Shown: positions 1-9,327 of the stretch, in pieces
How positions within the stretch are numbered: position 1 is the stretch's first letter
Layout of the letters: each line of letters starts with the position of its first letter
From: Ginkgo biloba
Lineage: Eukaryota > Plantae > Ginkgophyta
Assembly: GCA_024626585.2 (NCBI GenBank)
Contig: JANKJI020000002.1
Coordinates: 32,632,982-32,652,986, forward strand
Length of the DNA stretch: 20,005 nt
Direction: 5' to 3'
Notes under the pieces: generated by a model
Database searches by the model: none
The model's input: only the letters and a program-made list of their open reading frames with translations
What the model was told of the DNA's origin: nothing
Program-made: the position numbers and the translations under genes

Positions 1-234
1 AATGTGGCAAAAGTTGTGTTTAATCCTTTAGAGGAAGTTAGGATGCTACTATTTGTATTGCATTTTCCAAGTCAGACTGATTTTAACTCATTGGCATGAA
101 GATCAGGTCGAATTATGATTTTAACTTACATTGCTGGGAAGTTGGCAATAAGCATAGAAGAACAAAGGCAATTGGTATTATGGTTCTAGCCGACATTACC
201 TTTATAATGAAGTTTCAATCTTGATATACTACAG

Positions 235-258
235 TGTGATCCCTGCCATGAGCTTGGG
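235..258 (+). CDS. Candidate 24-nt internal micro-exon of an unidentified gene
   Basis: Acceptor ttgatatactaCAG ends at 234 and a consensus donor GTAAGC starts at 259. A 110-nt AT-rich intron (259-368) ends in gcaatTAG. Translates as CDPCHELG (phase 0) or VIPAMSL(G) (phase 2). Protein not recognised. Confidence 0.4.
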
Positions 259-368
259 GTAAGCAAACTTGTGAGATCTCATTCACGGTTTCTTGCAATT
301 AGATTTGTCAAGCCATCTTTCGTTTATCAATGAAACAATTAATATCTATATATGTATCTTGCAATTAG

Positions 369-405
369 CGGAGTTGGAATTATGACACTTGGGAGTACTT
401 GGTGA
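369..405 (+). CDS. Candidate small or terminal exon spliced to 235-258
   Basis: Follows the TAG acceptor at 366-368. Spliced readings are CDPCHELG-RSWNYDTWEYL (possible donor GTGATC at 402) or VIPAMSLG-GVGIMTLGSTW* (TGA 403-405). The second is followed by U-rich 3'UTR-like sequence with AATGAA near 509-518. Frame unresolved. Confidence 0.35.
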
Positions 406-1089
406 TCCCATTTTATTTCCTCTTTGATGTTTTCTTTGCATCGTGCAAGTGCATGGAATCTGCCAGTGTAATCTGATCTTTCTCAGCCATTATAGTTGAT
501 TCTTTTTCAATGAATGAAGAAGGGTATTGGACACATATGATTGGCTCCTTTATAGACTTCAAATGATGCAATTTGAGAAGATATATTCTTTAAGTGTGTT
601 AATTATCTATTCTTTTTTTTTTAATATAACTATTCTTGTAAGGTTGTCTAAAGAACATAGAAACAGAACAAAATCTCAAAAAATAGATGTCTCCATAGTA
701 GAACTATTTGTTATAATATTAAAAATTGTTTTTTCACAAGATTTCTTTTCTTTATGCTTCTTGATCTGGTGCGTTGGTGTACGATTGGTCATTTGTTGAA
801 GGCCAACTGTAAATCATCAATTTATGATTGTTGCATTTTGCATTGGTGATTTTCTTCTAGCATAGATTCAACTATTTAACTTTCCCATATTTGTAGTATT
901 TAAACATAATTGTTCATTTCCAATGAACACAAAGAGCTCATCTTGATTTATAGTATGCTAATCATAAAAGGATTTGCTACTACCCCTTTTGGAAATTATT
1001 CAAGCCAAATAGCAGATGCATAAGAATTAGCAATTGGATAGTGAAGAACCATGGCATTGGAGGTTTTCCTAAAAAGTTTAGTTGTGAAT

Positions 1090-1842
1090 ATGTTTATTAT
1101 TAGGAACACTAGAGATAATCTTCTAATGGATGTTGATTTGTGAGAACATGCTATGATGATTGTGTAATATGGATTATGCCCCTTGTTTCCTCTACAAGGG
1201 AAAGAAAGTGCACACAGAGTTGGAAATGAAATATGTTTCTCTAGTACATGATAAATTGTACACGTCATATCTATGGTAGAGTTCCCTTGCTCTTCTCAAT
1301 TGAAAATAGTAGAGAATCATACACTTTACTCATCATCTATGTTTCCTAAAGATGCATTTACAAAGTTTACATTATAGTGTTATCATAGTTTTGTATGAAA
1401 AGGTTCAGCAATTCCGTCAAATTTGTCGTGTTAAGGACAGATGTAATGAATAACAAAGAGTAATGGTAAACAAAGGTGTTAGATAAAAGAATTATTTGAT
1501 GTATGGTTATTGTTAGGATCTTTAGAGCTAATCTTCTAATCAAGCAAATAGATAACATGCTCTTGTAGTTGTGATATGATAACATTTATTATTTTGATAT
1601 AAACATATCAATACTCCTTGTTTCCTCTACAAGGGAAAAGGTGTGCAATGAACGAGTTGTGAATATGGAAAATGTTTGTCCTACATATGGCATTGTATGC
1701 ATGGCACATCCAAGAATCCTCCTCTTCATTCAAAGTAGCAAAGGGTTATACACAGTGTACTCGTTCATCTTGTGTCTACCATATTGGCATTTATAAAGTT
1801 CTTTTGTTAAATGCTTTGATGATTCCTCAAATTTTGTCATAG
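1090..1842. repeat. Degenerate direct duplication, two ~340-bp copies (~1090-1430 and ~1505-1842)
   Basis: Identical 23-mer ccttgtttcctctacaagggaaa at 1181-1203 and 1616-1638. Colinear weaker matches: tagagataatcttctaat / tagagctaatcttctaat, tactcatcatct / tactcgttcatct, gcatttacaaagtt / gcatttataaagtt, attccgtcaaatttgtc / attcctcaaattttgtc. Confidence 0.7.
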
Positions 1843-3050
1843 ACGAGTAATCTTAACTGACAATTAGTATGAAAGCTTGGCAATAAAAAACAAGTAATAT
1901 ATATTTGTTGGATTAATAAAGTATTGCATCAAATAGGTTACTCTTAAGAATGAGGTTGATTAATGTGGTACCCATATGGAAATGTGTTTTTGTTTATATC
2001 ATGACTTGAATATGGCTTCCCACTTATATAACTATATATTGTTAGTTTTGTTCCCTAATTATGAATTGACATAATAAGAAGAAATATAGAATTGTATTTT
2101 ATGCTAGACTAGTATGAATTAATAGGGGTACATGATCCAAGGTTTCAATGAAAAATTATCTACTCAAATTAGGTCATTTATGAAGTCTCTTACACTTTTA
2201 AGATCATTATACAACGTAGGAAATTTTAATCACATGGTGTCATCCAAAAGGTGATGTTAGGAGGCACATAAATATATAATAATTTATTAGTTATGTGAGT
2301 ATGGATTGGCATTAAGTTTTTCCCACATGTTCAACAACCTTTTCATCTCAAAGAGTTGTGCCCTTATTCATCAAAAGGAGATTAATACATGGCATCAAGG
2401 ATGTTGGTTTAATAGACTAATTATGCATCAAAATGACATAGAACATCCAATGTTATATTCAAGTAAGATTGACAATCTTGTCTAAATGTATTTTGTCATC
2501 AATGACTTGATCTATAAAGTCTAAAACATCCCACTTAAGGTTACATTAATGATGGTCAACTTGTTATCAATATCGTTGTTCATGAAGTATTCATGCGTTC
2601 TTTAAAATTGAATTCAACCACCTTTGTATCATGTCATTGGCTAGGTAATGCCAAGAGTGAAGAAATTCGTTTTATGCATTCAATCATATCAACTAACTTG
2701 ACTCATATTATATCATCTTTTTGATGATATAACTTAAGAAAGTCGTAAAATCCCATTTAATCTCTTATCAAAAAACACCACCATGGTTTCATACAACTTA
2801 TTATACTAGATCAATATTACAATATATATAATTACCACAAATATTCCACAGTGTTTTGGCCACACTTCATTAAATGGCATTTTATCACAAATGAATTCAT
2901 AGAGCTTTTGTACATTACAATCAACGCCATCTACACCGAACAGCTCAAAGGACACGCAAGTGCACAAAAGCAACGAAGCAACATGCCATGATTGGTTGAA
3001 CACAAAGATCACCTAAAGCTGACGAAAAAGTCTAAACATGTATAATATCA

Positions 3051-3194
3051 TAATGTGCGCCCCTTCATTGAAAAATTCTCCATGTGAATAATCGGGAGAA
3101 GACTCAAGCAGAGAGGCATCAGATTTTTGTCTGCACAAATAAAAGCTAAAAAACCATTGCACTAATGCTAGGTTTACAGCAGAACTATGTGCAA
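3051..3194 (-). ncRNA. Box H/ACA snoRNA; 3' pocket predicted to guide pseudouridylation of 25S rRNA at AUCAUUG[U]GAAGCAGA
   Basis: On the minus strand: 5' hairpin (UGCACA...UGUGCA lower stem, AAACC/GGUUU upper stem); H box AGACAA/ACAAAA (3132-3125); 3' hairpin (GCCUCU...AGGGGC lower stem, UUCUCC/GGAGAA upper stem); ACA box at 3056-3054 plus 3 nt; total ~144 nt. Pocket strands UCUGCUU and CAAUGA are perfectly complementary to AAGCAGA and UCAUUG, flanking an unpaired UG in the conserved LSU rRNA sequence. There are 14 nt from the upper stem to ACA, the canonical spacing. By my count the site equals human 28S U4441 (SNORA1/ACA1 target). Confidence 0.82.
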
Positions 3195-3307
3195 GCTTTA
3201 CATGCATTTCATCACAATCTGAAAGGGTATTATGGTAAATGGTTAAAACCCTAGCATTGATGGTATTGCGGGCCTACTTGCCTGGTGTAAGAAGTTAGAT
3301 AAAAGGG

Positions 3308-3395
3308 CTAATGCTCAGACAGCCAAGGGTTAATCTTCATTTCTAGATAGCCAAATCAGATAATCTAGCATTAACAAGGCTCATCACCGCATTAG
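3308..3395 (-). ncRNA. snoR37: Box C/D snoRNA, snoR37-like paralog (D guide for 25S Cm at ACAG[C]CAAGGG; D' guide diverged)
   Basis: On the minus strand: perfect 7-bp terminal stem CUAAUGC/GCAUUAG; box C GUGAUGA (3387-3381); D' CUGA (3359-3356); C' AUGAAGA (3340-3334); 11-nt guide CCCUUGGCUGU (3329-3319) directly before box D CUGA (3318-3315). The guide is complementary to 25S rRNA ACAGCCAAGGG. The +5 rule gives the first C of GCC (yeast C2365 / human Cm3848, SNORD53-equivalent). Confidence 0.88.
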
Positions 3396-3459
3396 CTAAT
3401 CTTCAGAACAAAACCCATTAAGCAAAAACATAACCAGAAAAAAAATTCACCATACGAGA

Positions 3460-3543
3460 ATGCTCAGACAGCCAAGGGTGAGTCTTCAAATTCTGGAATA
3501 CCAGATCAGAAACTCTAGTCCATAAGAGTCTTCCTCACTGCAC
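3460..3543 (-). ncRNA. snoR37: Box C/D snoRNA snoR37 (dual guide: 25S Um at GAC[U]CUAGUCC and Cm at ACAG[C]CAAGGG)
   Basis: On the minus strand: terminal stem GUGC/GCAU; box C variant GUGAGGA (3538-3532); D' guide GGACUAGAGU (3521-3512) then UU and D' CUGA (3509-3506); internal stem UCUGG/CCAGA; C' UUGAAGA (3489-3483); D guide CCCUUGGCUGU (3478-3468); box D CUGA (3467-3464). The D' guide matches 25S ACUCUAGUCC, and its +5 position is the U equivalent to yeast Um2421 (snR78) / human Um3904 (SNORD52). This guide pair matches my recollection of plant snoR37. Confidence 0.9.
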
Positions 3544-6339
3544 ACTTTCCAAAACAATAAACTTAGAACAAAAAAGAAAACCCCNNNNNNNNNNNNNNNN
3601 NNNNNNNNNNNNNNNNNNNNNNNNNNNNNNNNNNNNNNNNNNNNNNNNNNNNNNNNNNNNNNNNNNNNNNNNNNNNNNNNNNNNNNNNNNNNNNNNNNNN
3701 NNNNNNNNNNNNNNNNNNNNNNNNNNNNNNNNNNNNNNNNNNNNNNNNNNNNNNNNNNNNNNNNNNNNNNNNNNNNNNNNNNNNNNNNNNNNNNNNNNNN
3801 NNNNNNNNNNNNNNNNNNNNNNNNNNNNNNNNNNNNNNNNNNNNNNNNNNNNNNNNNNNNNNNNNNNNNNNNNNNNNNNNNNNNNNNNNNNNATAAAGAA
3901 CATAATCTTATCATATACCATCATGTTAACAACCATTCAATAAAAGAGGATAAAAATAATGCTTTTCTATAAAGGTAAAAACCACCTTTGCAATGCTTGC
4001 TAATAACATAATGCTAATACAATTAATGCACTCAAATTTCCATTCTTTTAACCAAATTGAACACCTTTATATACATTACTGTGTATACGATGTTGTAACC
4101 TTAAAAATCCCAATGCTAGGAGTCTCAATACTGGCGTGATCTAGACAATGGGAGCTTCTTTTATGATGATCTTTGGGTTTAGATTCATGGTTTCTATATA
4201 GTGGTAAATGATAATCAAGAAGAATGAAGAATATAAAATATTCCTATCTTAATCATATGATGTAATTCTCACACAAATAAATCCATCAATCCATCACAAA
4301 TATATTGATCTCATTAAAAAATGAAACCAACTAATAAAACTTTATTATATAAAGGGTTAAGGTATAAACAATTCTCATGAAGACCTTTAAAGGATTGTAA
4401 ATGTGGAGTCTCCCTTTACAAAGTCAATTTTGGACTACCACTCTTTAAGTGAACTCCCAACTCTAATGCTGACTCTCCCTTGGATTTCCATAATGCCACA
4501 AATACTCTTTAGATGAGAAATCCCTATTTCACAATAAACTCTCTACTCACATAGTCATATACACCTCCATACATCCATACATGCCAAAGCCATTATATGA
4601 AACCTCTAGTTATAGTGCTTCTAATGTGACGTTGGAGTAACAAATCATTCAAGAGCAACTGCAATAATTGAATAGTGGAAGAGTGGAATCTTCAAGGGTC
4701 ACTCAATTGCATATATCTACTGTGAATAAGAGAAGCCTATGCATAATATGAAGCTAACTCAACTCTGTGATGTGTTGTAGGTACATACCTCAGAGGATGA
4801 CTCGACTGCAAGTACGAAAAATCTCCTCTCAGCGTGTTGCACCATCAAATTTTCTTAGCGTTGTGTCTTTCCCTAACGACGCTGTGCCTTTTCTTGAGTG
4901 TCGTTGTTTGATTTTCTTGAATGCAGAATTTGAAGATGTGAAGAAAACTTGTTGTCAAANNNNNNNNNNNNNNNNNNNNNNNNNNNNNNNNNNNNNNNNN
5001 NNNNNNNNNNNNNNNNNNNNNNNNNNNNNNNNNNNNNNNNNNNNNNNNNNNNNNNNNNNATTTTAGAAATGATATTCTAATTAATAATATTATATTATTA
5101 ACATTGAAATTAAGAAGGATACATGGTGATAGAGTAAAATAACCACCCTTGCATTGGTTTACTTGTTATTGAGGCAAATTTCACCTCAAAAGAGTTACAT
5201 ATATTTTTATGCGATTAGGTAATTTGAGTAGGCAAGTAAAAGCATGGAGATTCACTAAATTACCACAATTTTAAATGGCAGTAATTTGTTAAATTGCCTC
5301 ATTCAAAAAAAAAAATCTCTGATCCACTTAAGTATGCTTAATAAAAAGTGTTCCTTAGGTTTAATGATTTTTTTTAGATTCTTAATGTCATTAGTGAAGT
5401 TGTCTTGTTAAGAATTAACATACATTGATATATATAGAGTTCTCAAAACACCCTTAAGATCATCAATAAGACATATTAAAAGGGAATTTTCTTCTATCCT
5501 CAAATTATACATAAGTTTTATTCCTATATAAGTGAATCACCTAAAGGAATTTTAATGGAAGCATAATCCTCCTTTTGAGGGTTTTATTTCTACATAGAGC
5601 TATAATCTCACCTCTTTCATAAGAGAATAATGTGTATATTCATATCAAGTAGATATATCATCTTTGTGGCTCATCCAATAGTACATTAGGATTGTCATAC
5701 CTTGTTTCCAAATCATACAAAAAAAAAAAAGGGACATAGTGTAGGTCATAAAGGTATTGCATTGATCTAAAAGGAGTTTCTAAAACAAATATTTATTTAT
5801 TTTACTTTTTTTTGTTATTTAATAAATCTCTTGTATGTTTCAATTCAATTATTTTATCATTATCTTATTGTTCCAACTCTATTATTAGTGTAGGTAGCAC
5901 ATTATGTCATAGGAACGAAGAAGCTTATAAAATGAGAAGATAAAGTTTCTCAACAATTATCAACCCCAAGTAAGCATACTCTCGAGTATGTATTTATTTA
6001 CTCCCTTTTATTGTTGATTCTTATTTTGGAGTACTTTTATATTGGACACATTGGTCATCTATCCTATTGAGTTGTGCACACCCTATCATCCTCATCCTAA
6101 ACCTATAAAGTGTATGAAAACAACACTATAAACTGACAACCACACTAGGAAGGGAATTATAGACTCATCATTAGCATTCTTTCCCTTATACAACTTACTT
6201 TTCCCTATTAAATTAGTCCTTTATCACCTTACACTTACACACTTTTTTTTTGCATTAATTTTTTGCATTTGTGTAAAAGTTTAACAATTTTAATAATGAT
6301 TTCCTTTTTAAACTACATTAATTATCTATATCAATGTAC

Positions 6340-6905
6340 ATTCTTTCACATTTTCTAGCCTACTTATTTGTCTATAGAAATTCTTTATTTTATAATCTAG
6401 AGAATAAAACCCCACCCTCTCTTCATATTGAAGGAGATTAAGGTGCTTATAGGGCCTTCCTCCTTCAACCATATATTTTCTTGATAGAGGTAAATTAATT
6501 AAGGGTTTTAATCCTGATAAATCCATCTAGACCCTTGAATATTCTCAAAGTAAATTCAATCCATCTAATATTCACACCCCTATCAACCTAGGTAGGAGGT
6601 TAGTCCTGGCATATATATTATAAGTATATTATTAGTGAATAATAGATGCATTATGTGCATTAAACATGTAGAAACTTTCACTAAATAATTATGTCATACC
6701 TAAAAAAATATGAAAATAAAAATCCCATATACCAGACCATAGAAAAATAATGCAATATCCAATATGTTCTATAAAACCAAAGTAGATTCTAGGTTTGTTC
6801 CCCAACATGATCACCAAAATATATTTTTGGCAAGTACCACGTTCCTGGTATGATACCTATTAAGAATATATTCAAAGGAAAAAATATGAGGACTCTTTAT
6901 GCACC
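6340..6905 (-). mobile_element. Possible highly decayed LINE (L1-like) ORF2 fragments
   Basis: Minus-strand peptide ENIWLKEEG (6480-6454) resembles the plant L1 FRFENMWLKEEG motif. CIKSPHIFS (6903-6877) resembles the RT-region CISTPSFS motif. The motifs are short and not in intact-element order. Confidence 0.3.
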
Positions 6906-7230
6906 NNNNNNNNNNNNNNNNNNNNNNNNNNNNNNNNNNNNNNNNNNNNNNNNNNNNNNNNNNNNNNNNNNNNNNNNNNNNNNNNNNNNNNNNNNNNNNN
7001 NNNNNCAAACCCCATTCATTCTTTTTATCATCAGGGACACTTCTTAATGGTTTTTCTCCCAGTCTTATGAAACTCTTCTTAATTACAGATCACCAGTTGC
7101 ATTCATGCCAAAATTCCTAAAATATAGCAAGGCTTAGACATCATCTCTCTTGGAAAAATGTTTATTACCATCCAATTTCCTTAATTGGTCCCCTAGCTCT
7201 CTTAATGAGAACCTCAAATTTACTGTGGCA

Positions 7231-8012
7231 AATTCCTTAATGCCATTCGACTGCCTCACTTGGTGATTTTTTCGGTCACCTTGTCCTTCCTTTGGCAGAA
7301 TTTCCATTACCTTATAACTACCTCAATTGATGATTCTGTCGGTCACCTTATCTTTCCTTTAGTATAAATTCCATTGCCCTATGAATTCCTCAATCGATGA
7401 TTCGGTTGGTCACCTTATCCTTCCTTTAAAAAAATTTCCATTTCCCTACAAATGCCTTAATTAGAATTTTTTTCTGTCACCTTATCCTTCCTTTGGAAGA
7501 ACTACCATTTCCCATGACTACCTCAATCAATTCTTCTGCCAATTTCCTCTTGACTACCTCAATTGATGATACTGTCAATTTCCTCTTAACTGCCTTAATC
7601 GATAATTCTATCAGTTTTCTCCCTACTATCTCAATCGAATATTCTGTTAGTTTCCTCCTGATTATCTCAATTGGTGATTCTATCAGTTTCCTTTTGACTG
7701 CCTCAATCGATGATTTTGTTGGTTTTCCTCCCAACTTGATCAATTGATGATTCCANNNNNNNNNNNNNNNNNNNNAATTAATGATTCTGTTAGTTTTCTC
7801 TCGACTACCTCAATTGATAATTCTATTAGTTTCCTCCTGCCTTAATCAATGATTTTATCAATTTCTTCCTGACTACCTCAATCAATGATTCTATCAATTT
7901 TTCTCCTGACTACCTCAATCAATGATTCTATCAAATTTTCTCCCAACTACCTCAATCAATAATTTTGTTATTTTTTTTCTTCACTACCTCAATCGATGAT
8001 TTTGTCAATTTT
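7231..8012. repeat. Composite minisatellite: four ~67-bp units followed by ~12-13 units of ~36 bp
   Basis: 67-bp units start at 7274, 7341, 7408 and 7475 (ggtcaccttatccttccttt...actacctcaatcgatgattctgtc). 36-bp units start at 7541, 7577, 7613, 7649, 7685 and 7721 and continue past the 7756-7775 gap (consensus artttcctcctgactacctcaatcgatgattctrtc). A partial unit lies at 7231-7273. Confidence 0.93.
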
Positions 8013-8269
8013 TCATTCGATCTTCTTATCCTCCTTTGTCTTGAACACAGATAAAAATAAAGTGTTAAAATAAGGTGACACTAATGTGGGGCAAAAGAGA
8101 GACTTCATTTTATCATTTTTACCCTATAAAGCCTATTTCAAAATGCTAGTCAATTCTTCAAAATTATTTCTTCTACATCGATCTCAGTAAAATTTATAAA
8201 GTTACTTTTTCCAACGCATGCTACAGAGATGCCCCCATATGCGCTCCTCTTTAAAGTTCTTCCCCTCTT

Positions 8270-9327
8270 TTTTTTTTCTTTTACCTTGATTTTTACTAAG
8301 CATAGCATGTGCCAGTGACTCACACACTCCTCACGAATTGTTCTCCTAATAGTTTTATTTATGGCAATTCTTTTTCTGCCATTGGCTGTAAAGTGAAGTG
8401 ATTTTTGTCCTTGTCAAAGGCATAGGTGTTTCTCCTTCTATCGTGCACTGCTTGTCGATCAAATTGCTATGGGTGTCCCAACAACATGTGACATGCAACC
8501 ATCAACACAATGTCACACCACACCTAGTCATGATAGTTTCTGATCTAAAAATCTACTAGACACATTTCCTTGATGGTAACATATCCTCCCTTATTAAACC
8601 ATGTTAGTCTATATGGTACTTCATGTCACTACTTATACAATCCCAACTTTTTGACCATCTCTTCTGATATCATATTTTCACAACTTCTCCCATCAATAAT
8701 TACATACCAACATATTCCTCTTAAAGTACATTGTGTTCTTAAGATGTCCATTCTCTATTCTAAGTTGTTTTCCAGTGCTTATTTTTTTGTCAACTACACT
8801 TTTCCTTTGGTTTATTGGCATCATAATTATCCACCATGATTTTTCGACCCCTTCTCTAATGATAATAATATTTTATGAGCCATCAAAGCCTTTACCTTCT
8901 TAGTCACCTTAGGTTCAATCCTTACCTCTTCTTGGGCTAGGTTTACCCTTGGCTCCTTTTGTCTTATTCTTTCATCGTCTCTCATTGGGAATTTAAAAGA
9001 CTTATGTCCTTCCTCACTGCATCTAAAACATCTTGATGACTATCTCAATGGATAAGTGGTCCTTTCCATTTTGATTCCTCTTATGTAGATAAATCCACCA
9101 TGCCCCCTTACTTGATATATGTTGTGCTCCTCCCTTTGTTGAGGTGGTGTGTCCTGACTATGATTCACTATGGTCTCATCCCTCAAACTACATTCATCAA
9201 TCCATCTCCCAATACTTCTCCTTCAATTGGAGTACATCATCCTTACTTCTTCGATAGAGAGCCTCTTCCTTGAGTTTTTGGATAGATTTTATTCTACTTC
9301 TAAGGCTAACTGATAGGATTCATTCAC
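8270..9327 (-). mobile_element. Decayed Ty3/gypsy (CRM chromovirus-like) gag-protease relic
   Basis: Minus-strand motifs in colinear order: VNESYQLALEVE (gag C-terminal part, from 9327); zinc knuckle CFRCSEEGHKSFKFP (9030-8987); then RTQCTLRGICWYVIIDGRSCENMISEEMVKKLGL (IIDGRSCENM at 8700-8671), PYRLTWFNKG, VWCDIVLMVACHMLLGHP*QFDRQAVHDRRRNTYAFDKD. This closely follows the CRM-clade protease consensus IIDGGSCEN...ACHILLGRPWQFDR. Multiple stops. Confidence 0.88.

Noticed and set aside
527-1585. Short ORFs 527-799, 996-1268 and 1367-1585
   Set aside because: Low-complexity hydrophobic translations typical of AT-rich non-coding DNA; no motifs.
2100-2800. Possible decayed transposase (DEKVVEHVG resembles hAT DEVVEEVG)
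   Set aside because: A single short motif with no colinear support.
2806-3207. ORFs 2806-3012 and 3013-3207 (-) as a protein-coding gene
   Set aside because: No recognisable protein; 3013-3207 overlaps the H/ACA snoRNA, which explains the sequence far better.
3119-3215. Alternative box C/D snoRNA (GTGATGA ~3215-3209 and CTGA 3122-3119 on -)
   Set aside because: No terminal stem outside the boxes, no rRNA-complementary guide, and it conflicts with the well-formed H/ACA structure.
5690-5790. LINE endonuclease-like peptide YLYDLHYVPFF..GNK on -
   Set aside because: Short, interrupted by a poly-A run, and out of order with the other LINE-like fragments.
7274-8012. CRISPR array or 12-aa repeat protein (ORFs 7477-7743, 7493-7747)
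   Set aside because: Units are contiguous and degenerate with no unique spacers or cas genes, in a eukaryotic context; the ORFs are by-products of the 36-bp period.
8085-8483. Complete LTR TGTGGGG...CCCAACA
   Set aside because: The apparent 3' end is the antisense of the LLG codons in the CRM protease relic, so it is not an LTR terminus.
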